A stretch of DNA of 64,000 bases from Nemertoderma westbladi (taxonomy: Eukaryota; Animalia; Xenacoelomorpha): contig JAUCBJ010000576.1 in assembly GCA_032718475.1 (NCBI GenBank), positions 21,582 to 85,581 on the forward strand, read 5' to 3'. Below the pieces are notes generated by a model. That model saw only the letters and a list, made by a program, of their open reading frames with translations, ran no database searches and had not been told where the DNA came from. Below are positions 21,013 to 34,223 of the stretch, in pieces. The stretch's first letter is position 1; every line of letters begins with the position of its first letter. A program made the translations under genes and the position numbers.

Positions 21013-21993
21013 TGTAAAAACCGCCGAAATAGGTTCTAAAATAAATTTGATAGCATTTATTTACTGATTAGAGTTGACCGTGAAATGTGCTTTTATTATC
21101 TTTTGGTAAAGATTAAACTCATTGTATATTTCTTGTTTTAATATCGATACTTTTATAGTAATTATTTAATCACACATACTTATATAATCGTTAATATCAC
21201 CTGCCGAACCATTTTATTTTGTTTCTCATTCCCCTCCCCCGGAGCGATTATATGTTTAAAGCTACTACGATACAGGCTCACCGGTTCTAGAGGCCGCTGT
21301 TCCACGTGGCAAGGAACAGATAACAGATAGAACTCTGTCCGAAGTAGTGCAGATAATATTGACTCCTTCCCATCTCCTCTCCGCAATTTCCGTCTACTCG
21401 CGACTTGTCATCTCTTCGGGATAAGTATTTCGTAAGAATATGAAAACTTTAGGGATAAACTTATTGCAATATTCTTCTCTCATTCAATTAATACATAATA
21501 GTAAAAATAAATTCAATTAATATATTTAATTCACAAGTAATAAACAATTTATTTTGTTTTTTAAAAGCTGGCCTCACCCGGTCACCTAACAACTCGTGTG
21601 GGCAATAAATTTAATAACTAATTCCGTTCTCTGTAAAACTAACAATAGCCCAAAATCATAAAGAGTATACTAATAGTGAGTGATAATTGCACAGCACATA
21701 GGGCGATTAATACTGACCATTGGTTGGGCCGTATGGAGAAGAGCCTTTAACAAGAAAGACGCTATTAATAAAATAATATTGGAATCCAGGGTATATGTTT
21801 TTGCCGAAGTTAAACCAATATTATGTATGCCCTTAGTAGCTCGATTAGTACAGGGCCCTGGCAATAAAATGGGGCAAGCCACGTAATAAGGTAATAAATG
21901 AATAATGAGTGGGGCGAGCCACAAAGTTAGTTAAGTGGACAATATATGAAGCACAAATATGAATACAATTATTTTCGGGCAGGGATTTTTACA
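21013..21993 (-). repeat. BEL-B 3' LTR (TGTAAAAA...TTTTTACA, 981 bp)
   Basis: 8-bp terminal inverted repeats, PPT directly upstream (21994-22000), TATATAA at about 21183, AATAAA at about 21095. Confidence 0.9.
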
Positions 21994-22955
21994 CTCCCCC
22001 ACTATTAATTGGTGAATTAATAGTAACTGCTAATAGAAAAAACTGCGCGGAAATAATAAATATTAGTATTGTACTAATTAGCAAGTATGAGACAAAATAC
22101 TGAAGATATATCGAAATGACAATTGTAATTTTACTTGCATAGCAATAAATGTTCTAACAACTAGTTATTTATAAAACTGCACGTCACTTTCATGTGCGAA
22201 ATATCTACTGTACATAATAATAATGTCATGTTGTTAGAAGCCTCTGTAAGAATGATATATTGATTCCCGCTCCCGGAAAGTTCCAATTTCGATTGTTGTG
22301 GAGAATTTGAGATAGTTACCACAACTGACGAGCTCTCCCCCTGTAAATAGAGTTTTCGTTATTGGATCCATATATGAACAGAGTTGGAGATTTCCATGTG
22401 GAAATTTCAGTAATCAGATTTCATAACTGTAAAGGAAATAAGCATTAAGGATCAGGGAGATCATCGCTAAAATCAAACAAGACTCCGGACCTAATCCTAT
22501 TGTTATCTGTTTCCAATTTTATGAATATATTCTTGACTATTTAGTATACAGTATATGGCGCTGTATCATAATAGTGTTACTCATATAATCGCCATAAAGT
22601 TGATCAATATCCAATTTTACAAATATTCGTATTAAATTAATCGTTCATCCTATTCATATAATTAGTGGAATATTAATTAATTATTTACACTTATATATTG
22701 ATACGAATTGTTATAGATAAACATGACATATGTACCAACAGTATTACAAGTTTTAAGTTTCCACGGAAAGGCGAGTTTCTTCAAGAAGGCAAAGGCGTTG
22801 TATAGGTCTGAGAAGTTCTTGCCCGGTTATAATTCGAATTGTTGCTGTTCGAACTATACCACTACGGTCAGCATTCGTTCTTAACACAATACCAGTGACC
22901 CAAAGTCGACGGGGTATGTTTCCACCATGGAGATGGATATCCGGTATGGATAGGG

Positions 22956-23851
22956 TTAAATAAACCTATGATCAGAGTTCCGGAATACTCGGTCAGACCT
23001 CCTCACTCCCTAGTGAGACCTCAGACTCTTGATCCTAATAGTATCACGGATCCTCCCAAACTGTACTCACTGTTCAAAGATCTAGTGTTACCCGAACAAT
23101 TAGTCGGTGGCACTCCGGTTGTGGGCTCCCTAAATATTCGCCCATCTTACCTAGCCGGATTGGGACGCGGACATCTAATATCGCCATTCAACCGTATCAT
23201 CGTCCCGGTTTAACCCGATACAACCTGTCACCGAGGTGGAGGAGAGAGTTGTAAGAAACGCGTTGGACACTATTCGTCAAAAGATCGGAAAAGGAACCTA
23301 CAATTATTTAGAGAAACGTAAATTGCAGCAGCAAGTCCAAGCGGTAAACGAATTAGCTTTATCTCAGTTCGATCAGGAAATCCAGAACCTCTAAGAAGAT
23401 ATCGAATTTGGACGACTCTACTTTCTGCAAGAGTTTTGGACGAATGCTTTCAACGACAAGCGAAGTAAAATCAGCTCGAGGAGAAGCATATCGATCCCGA
23501 TAGAGCCCGAGAACGCTTGTTGGAAAGAATCATCAAACCGAGGAAATTTCTCACTACACACGGTCCACCTACCGCTCTCGTGCAAACGACCCGTCAGGGA
23601 CCAGTAAGAGCTGCTGTCTTAAAACAAGCTCTCAAGGTTGTTCGACCTCGTTCCACTGAGGTTAATACCGATCAACGGGTACCTCGACCGGTGGATACAC
23701 CGACCGTAATCCTAAACCTTCCGATGCAATTGTATTGCACCCTTCACCCAGGAGTTATAGCCCTCCTAGTAAAGTGGCTCGCCCCTAAGAGAAAAGGACT
23801 ATTGCTAGCCTCAAAAAACTGCGTAAACGCCGTCCGCGCAAGAAAGACTAA
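22956..23851 (+). pseudogene. Internally deleted, decayed copy of the BEL-C accessory region (ORF-A start fused to ORF-C end)
   Basis: MIRVPEYSVRPPHS matches 38917->; RARE..LERIIKPRKF...RKKD* matches 35815->35465. Confidence 0.9.
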
Positions 23852-23929
23852 CTGTTTAGAGTATTTTTATATTTTAGAAACTGTGATTTTTTATATTTTA
23901 TAGAATTAAATCCCATTTTCTGGGAGCGG

Positions 23930-25122
23930 TGTAAAGGCTTTTGCGGATCTAGCTAGTCATTTTTCCCGCAAAGTACTCTGTAGGTGTTTTAGCGTACATA
24001 AAAAGCCATTTTCTTACTGTGTAGGTGTTTTAGTGGACATAAAAAGCCATTTTTCTGTATGTGTACTTTAGCGGACATAACAAGCCATTTTATGCCGCAA
24101 TACGCCAAAATACTCTTAATACAGTGTAGTTCAGATGACGACATCTACCAGCTGATATGTCGACGTGGAGCTTTTGGCTTTCTTTGTTCAGGCTCACTCA
24201 CTCGACCAATCAGAGCGATTTTCATTTTATTTGCACAGAAGCCTCCGGGAAATCGCGCAATGCATTATGGTCTTTGTTTACCTTTTTTCCTGAGCCCAGA
24301 ACATCGGCTTTGGAATTATTCTGTGTTTCAAACTTTAGCCAAACATTAGAACGGCTTTGATCATAGAAACGTATAACTGTTATCATACTTGTCACATATC
24401 TACCACCTATCATATCATAACTATACGTGCCTTTCACCGCATTATTTTACTGCTATTTACTGTCGGTTATTAATTGTTATCAGTTGATGGAATGTTGTTA
24501 TATTTGGAGAATATCGATAAATAACCATAAAACCCCAATCTTCTTGATATACTGAAGGTTAGAGAGACCGGTTACATATAGCAATTGCGACTTACATTAT
24601 AGTGGTTTTGGAGTGAATTGAATGCTATTTCATAGGCCCTACATGTGTCGGTTGCTATTCTCCTTATATATGATCAAATTTAGTGAAGGTCGGCAGATCA
24701 GTGTGCAGCAGTGTGCGGTAGTGTGTATGAGTGTGACAGATAACAAAGCATTTCCTAAAGAATGCGCCTTATACGTAAATCAATAGCCATCCCGTTGTGT
24801 TTAGTGTAAGTCATAACTCTGTTTACATACTTAGAGCGCCACGTCCTAAAGGAACTGTTAATATTTCCCGAAAGTGAATAATATTTGTCAGAGATTATAT
24901 GTTAACGATCAATCGAATAGTACAATAAGCCTACACCGCAATAAGGTCAGAGCATCCGAATCCAGTCTCCCTTAACCGTGGGTGAATGATCGCGCATAGG
25001 CTGGCTTCGGCTAATGTAACTTTATGTGTATCAAATACTTGTTATAGGCTAAAGTCGATTTATAACCTAGAAGACACCTAAATTTGGCAGGTTAAACTGC
25101 TAAAGGTCTAAAAGCGCGAACA
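23930..25122 (+). repeat. 3' LTR of a BEL-C-related subfamily (TGTAAA...GCGCGAACA)
   Basis: Preceded by PPT CTGGGAGCGG. Homologous (inverted, diverged) to 34224-35386. Confidence 0.9.
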
Positions 25123-26586
25123 ATACAGGCTCACCGGTTCTAGAGGCCGCTGTTCCACGTGGCAAGGAACAGATAACAGATAGAACTCTGTCCGAAGTAG
25201 TGCAGATAATATTGACTCCTTCCCATCTCCTCTCCGCAATTTCTGTCTACTCGCGACTTGTCATCTCTTCGGGATAAGTATTTCGTATAAACTTATTGCA
25301 ATATTCTTCTCTCATTCAATTAATACATAATAGTACAAATAAATTCAATTAATATATTTAATTCACAAGTAATAAACAATTTCTTTTGTTTTTAAAAGCT
25401 GGCCTCACCCGGTCACCTAACAACTCGTGTGGGCAATAAATTTAATAACTAATTCCGTTCTCTGTAAAACTAACAATAGCCCAAAATCATAAAGAGTATA
25501 CTACATATAGTGAGTGATAATTGCACAGCACATAGGGCGATTAATACTGACCATTGGTTGGGCCGTATGGAGAAGAGCCTTTAACAAGAAAGACGCTATT
25601 AATAAAATAATATTGGAATCCAGGGTATATGTTTTTGCCGAAGTTAAACCAATATTATGTATGCCCTTAGTAGCTCGATTTGTACAGGGCCCTGGCAATA
25701 AAATGGGGCAAGCCACGTAATAAGGTAATAAATGAATAATGAGTGGGGCGAGCCACAAAGTAAGTTAAGTGGACAATATATGAAGCACAAATATGAATAC
25801 AATTATTTTCGGGCAGGGATTTTTACACTCCCCCACTATTAATTGGTGAATTAATAGTAACTGCTAATAGAAAAAACTGCGCGGAAATAATAAATATTAG
25901 TATTGTACTAATTAGCAAGTATGAGACAAAATACTGAAGATATATCGAAATGACAATTGTAATTTTACTTGCATAGCAATAAATGTTCTAACAACTAGTT
26001 ATTTATAAAACTGCACGTCACTTTCATGTGCGAAATATCTACTGTACATAATAATAATGTCATGTTGTTAGAAGCCTCTGTAAGAATGATATATTGATCC
26101 CCGCTCCCGGAAAGTTCCAATTTCGATTGTTGTGGAGAATTTGAGATAGTTACCACAACTGACGAGCTCTCCCCCTGTAAAGAGAGTTTTCGTTATTGGA
26201 TCCATATATGAACAGAGTTGGAGATTTCCATGTGGAAATTTCAGTAATCAGATTTCATAACTGTAAAGGAAATAAGCATTAAGGATCAGGGAGATCATCG
26301 CTAAAATCAAACAAGACTCCGGACCTAATCCTATTGTTATCTGTTTCCAATTTTATGAATATATTCTTGACTATTTAGTATACAGTATATGGCGCTGTAT
26401 CATAATAGTGTTACTCATATAATCGCCATAAAGTTGATCAACATCCAATTTTACAAATATTCGTATTAAATTAATCGTTCATCCTATTCATATAATTAGT
26501 GGAATATTAATTAATTATTTACACTTATATATTGATACGAATTGTTATAGATAAACATGACATATGTACCAACAGTATTACAAGTT

Positions 26587-28896
26587 TTAAGTTTCCACGG
26601 AAAGGCGAGTTTCTTCAAGAAGGCAAAGGCGTTGTATAGGTCTGAGAAGTTCTTGCCCGGTTATAATTCGAATTGTTGCTGTTCGAACTATACCACTACG
26701 GTCAGCATTCGTTCTTAACACAATACCAGTGACCCAAAGTCGACGGGGTATGTTTTCACCATGAACAAGGACATAATCACCTCGCCGTAGGTTTCGGTGT
26801 TTCTTATACCATTTTTGGCGGACTGATACTCTTGGAATATAAAATTTCTGCCAATGGTCCCAGAATTTGCAGAATTTGTCTGCCCTGTACTGTGTACGCT
26901 TCCAAGACTGGTGTGCTTTGGAGTTATTTTTCCCTGAGTTGTCTTGAGGAACAGGAATAAATGGTTTGGTGTTAAGAATATGGGCAGGAGTGATAATCTT
27001 TGGGTTTGTAAGATCTGTTGTCTGACCAGTTAAGGGAAGGGAATTCAACATACCTTCAACCTCGGCAAGTACTGTCAACAGCTGATCATCAGTGAGTGGT
27101 TTAGTAGTTTCAGCCGTTTTTCTCAAAGCCAGTTTGACTCTTAACTTCCCGTTCCCATGCCCCGTTTCTCCACTTTGCATAAGGAGTGTGTAGTTTCCAC
27201 TCAATTTTTCTTTGATTGAGTTCCTTGTGGATTTTATCGAATTTCCAAGATTTATACCACTTTTGTATTAGATTATTAGCACCAGTAAAATTGGTGCCTC
27301 TGTCACTATTTATCGTTTTGACTTCACCTCTACGTCCAATAAAGCGTCTAAGTGCAAAATAAAAGCATCTGTAGATGCATCTGTACATCTGTCAATGTGT
27401 ATTGCTCTCGAGTTTAGGCATGTGAACAAAATTCCATAAACCTTTACTTCAGTATTAATGATCTTTATTACAATTGGACCCCATATATCAAGTCCGGTAT
27501 TGGCAAAAGGCGTTTGATTTGATGTTATTCTTACGTCAGGCAAATCTGACATTCTCTGTTTCATTAATGGCGCATTTACTTCTTTACAAATCATACACTC
27601 ATCTAAGATTGAATTTAGGGCTCTTGATGGATGATGTAAGTAATACAGGTTTCTTAGATGAGCCAATATGTAATTTCTGCCTGCATGGCAATTGTCACGG
27701 TGACTGTCATAAATCACTTGGTTCTGTATCATCAGTTGTGGTAAGATTATTGGGTTCTTATAGTTGAAATCGTAAATAGTTGATTGTAGTCGTGTTGAGG
27801 CTCGTATAATTTCTAAGTTCTTGTCAAAGAAACAGTTGAAATTAAAAAGGTCTGAACTTCCAGGAATGGGGTTGGTATATTCCTTCGGGAATCCCATGAA
27901 TTGATAAATCCTGATTAGTACGCATTCGGCAATTCCGTTTTCTTTGAGTGATATTGGCCCATACATTATTTCGTTTTGGTTTCTTTCTATTGATCTAGTA
28001 ACCCTTGTCCAATTTTGAGATTTTCGAATACGCCACAGATTAATGAATCGTTTTAATATTATTACTATCTTTGTCAGTTTCTTCCAAGAACTCTGTCGTT
28101 GGAAGCAATGATCCCAAATCTCGAGTTGAAGAAATATTTTCTTAATATTGTTATCAACATCCTCAGAGATAGTTAGAAGTGTTACCTTGACCTTTTCTTT
28201 ACACATTTTTAACTCTAATTGTATTTTGTCGAATTCTGATTGATTTTTTAACTTTGGCCAGTTTTCTTTTGAATCCATCAGGAATGCTGGACCTGTAAAC
28301 CAATCGGTTTTTTCGCAGAGGTATTTAATCGTACAGCCTCTGGAAGCAACATCTGATGGATTTAATTCACCTGGGCACCAGTTCCATTGATTCAATGTGG
28401 TTTGGTCAAGTATCACAGCCCTCTTGTTTGCCTCATAGGTTTTTATTGCCGCAGTGCATCGCAGGTAAGCTAATACCACAGAAGAATCTGTCCACATGTA
28501 CAATTCTGTTTTAAAAGTTAGGTGTTCTTTAACAAGGACAGCTAATTCAACTGATAATGATGCTGCAAGTAGCTCTGCGCGAGGGATTGATACAAAAGTT
28601 TTACTATTGAGAGTTTTAGACTTTGCTGTAATGAATCCAATCTGGACATTTCCATCTATGTTTTCTGTTCTTAGGTAGATCACCATTCCAATTCCTGTTT
28701 TACTCGCATCTGAGAAAGCATGTATTTGGTATTGAGGTTCATGAGGTACGGTGGTGGTATACCATCTTGGTACAAATAGTTCTTGCATGTCGGCCATTTG
28801 TTTCACCCACTTATTCCATTTTTGACATATATCATCAGGAATTTTGGTGTCCCAAACTAATTCTGCCTTCCAAAGTTCCTGAATAATTTGCTTGGC
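26587..28896 (-). pseudogene. BEL-B RNase H and integrase (frameshifted)
   Basis: HAFSDAS, IPRAEL, WCPGELNPSDVASRG, TGLDIWGP, SDRGTNFTGA, WRNGAWER, LLRPIQRLCLLE. Confidence 0.92.
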
Positions 28897-30015
28897 TTAG
28901 AGAATAGCAGGACAAATGAAATTTAGTGGATCATAGAATGAAGCCATCAGGCTCACACAACGTCGTTTTGTCCAGTATTTAGGTTCATCAAAGATCATCC
29001 ATCTTACATAAAGCATATCTGTGTGTGGGCTCCATCCAACTCCAAGTGATTTCGATTCTGGGAGTGTTTGTTCATTGAGCAGGTCCACATCACCAGTATA
29101 TCGAAGCTTTGGGTCAAATGTCTTCAAGAATTCCAAAGAGTTTGAGGCAAATTTGGTCAGATGGAAATTACCTCTCTTCAGACACTCAACTAGTTGATGT
29201 GCTATAAGTGTCATCTTCGCAAGATCGTCTTGGGAATATAGCCCATCATCAACGTAGAAATCGTGTAGGATAATTTCTAATACTTCTGGATCGAAATCAT
29301 TTTGGTTATCTAATCCAGTTTTGTTCAATGTGTTAATGACTATGTTGGAAGAATCAACCTTTCCAAATGTATGGACGACGAATTTGTATTCTACAGGTTC
29401 CCCAGTCATGTCTTCATTGGGCCACCAAAGAAAGCGCAGTGCATCTTGATCTTCTTCTCGGAGGTGTACTCTATGATACATAGCTTCTATGTCACAGTTA
29501 AAAGCATATTGGTGTTCTCGGAACCTGAGTAATATTCCCAGTAAATAGTTTACAGTCTTACAGCCTTTACAGAGTTCATCATTGAGACTTTTCCCTTTAT
29601 ATTTTGCGGCTCCATCAATCACCACTCTAACTTTGTGCGGTTTGTCTGGTGTGGTTACAAAGTGATGCGGAAGGTAGTTGGTTTTTTGTGAGGTATTTTC
29701 TGGATTCTTAATTCTGACCAAGTATCCCTTTTGAATATATTCATCGCATTGTGTACAATATTTCTTATGATGGTCTTCATTAGCAAGCAGTTGATCTTTC
29801 AGGTGATAAGCTCTCTTAAGAGCAAGATTTCTGTTATTGGTTAATTGTGGATTATCTTGTTTCCACAGCAACCCTACCTCATATTTACCATTTGGGAGTA
29901 GTCGTGTTGTCTCGTCTAAGAGTCTCTTTGCTCTTTTCTCCTCAGAACTCATGGTTGATTTATTGGAGCCTTTCTCTGGAGTTTCTGACTCATAATACCT
30001 CTTTATTGTCTCCAT
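28897..30015 (-). pseudogene. BEL-B reverse transcriptase
   Basis: NYLPHH, KVRVVID, DIEAMYHRV, FYVDD, YDPL; in-frame stops at both ends. Confidence 0.92.
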
Positions 30016-30018
30016 GAC

Positions 30019-31739
30019 CTACCGATCATGTTCTAAAACATCGGCTACTTCTTCCATATATTTATGAAAATGCTTTATCTTTGGTGGAGGAATTAGAGTA
30101 GCAAAAGTAATGTGCAGGGATATATCATCTTCCTCATCCGTTGTATTTTCATCAGATGAAGTATAATATTCACAGTGTTCAAGTTCCTGTCGATATCTGT
30201 TTTTAAGAACTTTGTCGGTAGGTGCTCTGATATACCATCCAAAGATTGACAGTGTAGCATGTGGTTCAAGACTATGTACTATAGGATGTTTGGGAATAGT
30301 GTCATATATCCTAGTAGCTTCAAAAATATCGGTACCTATTAACATTGAACACTCAGCACTATTTGCTTTAACAAATGGAACACCCAAATCTTCAAAATAT
30401 TGCTTTTCTTCATTGCTCCATGGATAAGATTGCCTAAATGTTTTCTTGAATTCCTTTAAGGTTTTTAGCTTAATATTTTGTAAAGGAAGGTCTTTCGGGT
30501 AAGGGGAGATTGAAGCTGTGTCTAAACTGCAGATGAAATCATAACTGTTTACACTTTGTTGCTTTTCAATTGTGTTAAGATTCATTTTCTTAAAATTTCT
30601 TACTGGCCCTAGCAGACGTGCGACATCTTCATCAATGAAGGATATAGAGGAAGCTGTGTCAATCATTGCATTGATAATAGTTTTGCCATATTTTCCTATG
30701 ACAACTATGGGTAGTACTGCAGAGGATTTCATTTGATCATTTCTTACTTCAGTGTGGTAACATTTATGCGAAAGTTGACAAGATTGACACTGGTGTTCAC
30801 ATTGCTGATCTTCTTCTGCACTCAATGAGTCCAAGTCATCATCGGTTGATGTGTCTGTTAGTTGATCACTATCAGTATCATCTGCTTCAGCAGTCGCCTG
30901 CACCTGTTTCGTGACAATAGGTGTTGCAGGTCTTGTGCGTAGTGATCGTTTTCCCTTTCCAATTGTATTTGTCTGTTCATCTGGATCTGACTTAATTTCT
31001 GATTTATATTTAGGATCTTTATGTAGCATTGTATTATGTCTGCTGTTGCAAATGTTACACTTAATACTCTGACGACAAGCATTAACCTTATGCTTATTTG
31101 ATAAGCAGTTATAGCATATTCCATATTGCCTGGCCTTTCCTCTTTTTTCTAAGGTTGAAAGGGCTAGAAATTGTTGACAGTTACTTAATCGGTGACCAGG
31201 TTGATTACACATATAGCATGTTGTTCTTGGTATTTGGTCATAATTGGAGGTTGTGTTAGCATTTGGTATATATGAGCCTCCTCTATACCCTTTGCTTAAA
31301 GCACTATCGACATTTGTCAGTAATGATGTCATCATATCTTTTATTTCTTCTATAGTGGATGATTGTTGTTGTGATTCATTGGTAATAAATATGGGTTTAT
31401 ATGGTTTAACTGGTACTGATCGAGATTGTGGTGCATTGTCTTCACGATAAATAGGTAAACCAGTAGATGTAACTTCCTTGTGGAGAATTCCGACTCTAAT
31501 TTGGCTGTTTTTTCGCAAGCATCTGTGTATGCATGATGTATTACTTCAGCCAAATGTACAAGTTCTTGTTCTGTATACTTTTCCCTATCACTTTGGTATT
31601 TTTCCAAGACTCTACTGGTGTCTTTTAGCTTTGCAGACAAATGGCGTTTTATGGCGCCGATTTTATAACCAATAGTACTGCTGCCCTTACTGGTTGTAGA
31701 CATCATACAACTAAGGTAGCCTAAATAATATTTATACAA
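30019..31739 (-). pseudogene. BEL-B Gag (capsid region apparently deleted) and protease
   Basis: CYMC..H...C, CYNCLSNKHKVNAC, CNICNSRHNTMLH; MIDTASSISF. No DUF1759-like segment between the N-terminus and the knuckles. Confidence 0.85.
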
Positions 31740-32606
31740 TATAATTAACTCATAATACGTCTAATAATAATAATCTGTGGAATTAATTACAAAATAATTA
31801 ATTATAGTATAAACATCAGCGGTGATTCGACAGGAAATCATCACTCAATACATCTGCATTATTAAACAAATAATCGTACTTTATGTTTCCTGACAGATAT
31901 GAACTTTTAGTAACAAATATTCAGCCTACAGCGGAACAATGTATATACAGTAAACTCAGAGCTTGTGAAATAATAATTGTAAAATAAAAATAAGGGATAT
32001 GTGTATGTGTAATGCATAATATGATATGTATATACAATAACATACATATTCTATAGAATGGCGCGAAACTGTATGTAAATAATAGCATCAATATAGCCGA
32101 TACGAAATTGCATACATTTAGTAACCCTTTCAATGAGATGCATTTGCATCTTATAATTTCCTTCACCAATAAATTATTATATGTGTATATTTAATTAAAT
32201 GTAAGTATGGTGTAGGCACCTTTATAGCCGTCCATTATGCTCCGGCGACGACTCCTACACTATGGAACAGACATCATACCCTTCGGCACACTTGGGAAAT
32301 ATATAACATAAAAGAGATACAGGAAAACAAAACACAAACAAATACGATCAATAGTCGGGTATATAGAGCTATTTATTTTATTATATAGTTATTATCATTA
32401 ATTTGAATGTTATTCATAAACTATTATCCCAATTAATTATCCCACACATGCTGTAGGCCTAATCTAGTCACATTTGAGGTACAATAGGGGAAGAGAAACG
32501 TCATTAAGTATAATATACACCACACAATCACAGATACAAACGATAAATTATTGAATATAAAAGCAACGTTATTAGACAGAAAATATAAAAGCTATATTCA
32601 GAAGAG

Positions 32607-32618
32607 AGCTTTTAAAAA
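32607..32618 (-). promoter_or_regulatory. BEL-B PBS position (TTTTTAAAAGCT), not tRNA-type
   Basis: Immediately follows the 5' LTR end, lacks TGG, and is complementary to LTR positions 21558-21569. Confidence 0.65.
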
Positions 32619-32678
32619 TGTAAAAACCGCCGAAATAGGTTCTAAAATAAATTTGATAGCATTTATTTACTGATTAGA
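32619..32678 (-). repeat. BEL-B 5' LTR remnant (last 60 bp)
   Basis: Identical to 21013-21072, then truncated. Confidence 0.9.
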
Positions 32679-32679
32679 T

Positions 32680-33480
32680 AACACATACTTATAAACATAT
32701 CATAAACCCATATAACATAAGAAACAAGATGATACTATCTATTGATCAATTGGCTTAATTTTAAAAATTTGGTCATGCTACAAAAATTTTTACCCACCGC
32801 CGAAAAATACAAGTTTGAAAACTTTTATGCAATTTTTACTTATTCCATTGAATTCGGAACCATCATAAACCCGTATAACGCAAGAAAGAAGGTGAAACAA
32901 TCAATTGCAATTGATATATTTGATGGTTTTCAAAATTTGGTGCTACAGTAGCACCAAATTTTGCACCTATTCGAAATATAGAAGTTTGAGATGTCTTGTT
33001 AGATAATTATTAATTCCATTTAATTTTTGGTTTAATTTTATTAATTTAGGTTTAATTTTTGGTTTAATTTTATTAATTTAGGTTTAATTAGATTTAATTT
33101 TAATTTTTTTAATTTTAATATTTGGTGTAGGCACCAAAATTTGGCACCCGCAGACAAAAATAAGTTTGAAATTTTTAAATTAATTCATATAAATTCCATC
33201 TAATTGCAAACACCAAAAAAACGGTGTAAAAAAAAACGTTTCAGATCATATTTAATCAAATGTAATTTTCATAAAACGCCTCAAAAAAAGTTACAAAAGT
33301 GTTAAAAAGGGTTAAAAAATGGTGCTATAACTCAAAAACTTCCCAATATTTTTGAAAACCGTTTTCATTATTAGGAAGACAATAGATTTTTAGGAAAAGT
33401 TATAAAATTTCGGATTACATTGTTTCAGAGTTATAACAAAAAAACACGGGGGGGGGGGGGGGTGATATAAATTTATAACA
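32680..33480. repeat. Degenerate AT-rich repeat units (about 170-190 bp), probable DNA-transposon subterminal region
   Basis: Recurrent aatttggtgcta/gcaccaaa..., aagtttga, attccat, cataaaccc motifs. Confidence 0.4.
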
Positions 33481-33869
33481 CTGGGGGGTGATATTAATTT
33501 ATACGACTTGTTATACATCAGTATTCCCCTTAGCCCCCCCCCCCCCCCCCCCCCATACGTTTAGACAGTATCCAAGGTACCGAAGTCTGGATTCTGTTAC
33601 TGGTAGGCTGTCTTATTGCACCAATAGATGTTTGTTTATTGTTTTGGTTACTGCCTACCGGTAAGTAACCTAGGTACTAACCCTAAATAGTCCATCCCGA
33701 AGTAGTAATATTTCCATTCAGCCATTATAATTTCGCTATAATTTCGGACTATCGGACACTATTGTCACGCGAATGTAACAATCCGGATATAGTAGGATAT
33801 ACCGGTAGCCGACTACTGGACTAGACCTAACGCCCCAGTCAGCTAGTGTTGGAAATTGGCTGAGAATGC

Positions 33870-34223
33870 CATACCCAGTACGGCAACGAAAACCACCCCA
33901 TTCTTATGGTTTTTCGGGAGTGGATTCAGATAAAGACATAGACGAAGATGGTAGTGAGGCTGACACAGCTGGCAGTGACGACGACATTGGTTAGTGGTAC
34001 CGGTAGTAGCAATGACGACGATGACCGCTTTATGCTCCCTGAATCCAATGTTTGGAAATCGATTGATCCAGACCAGGATCCATTTCAGCCTCACTGTTTC
34101 AATTCAACATCTGGCTGGCGGGGTGTGGATACAACAAATTTTGAAATTGGAGATTATGTTGATATTTTCTTGACTGATAATTTAATTGACATAATTGTAA
34201 AGTGCACCAATCACAGAATCCAC
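33870..34223 (+). pseudogene. piggyBac transposase N-terminal fragment
   Basis: Acidic leader, then WKSID...F..TSG......DYVDIFLTDNLIDIIVKCTN. Interrupted by the BEL-C LTR. Confidence 0.8.

Larger units (their letters stand above)
21270..26763. repeat. Direct duplication of about 1.65 kb of the BEL-B 3' region (21270-22929 and 25123-26763)
   Basis: Near-identical sequence; the right copy has a deletion of about 22 bp. Confidence 0.93.
21013..32678 (-). mobile_element. BEL/Pao LTR retrotransposon 'BEL-B', degenerate, with an internal duplication and insertion
   Basis: Matching LTR ends (21013-21072 = 32619-32678), gag-PR-RT-RH-INT remnants, PPT GGGGGAG. Confidence 0.9.

Noticed and set aside
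21670-21924. Small ORFs repeated in both BEL-B LTR copies
   Set aside because: They recur only because of the recent duplication, have non-ATG starts, and show no recognisable motifs.
33448-33555. Poly-G/poly-C runs (also about 50750, 58495 and 63410-63455) as G-quadruplex or regulatory features
   Set aside because: Common homopolymers in this TE context with unreliable length; no further support.
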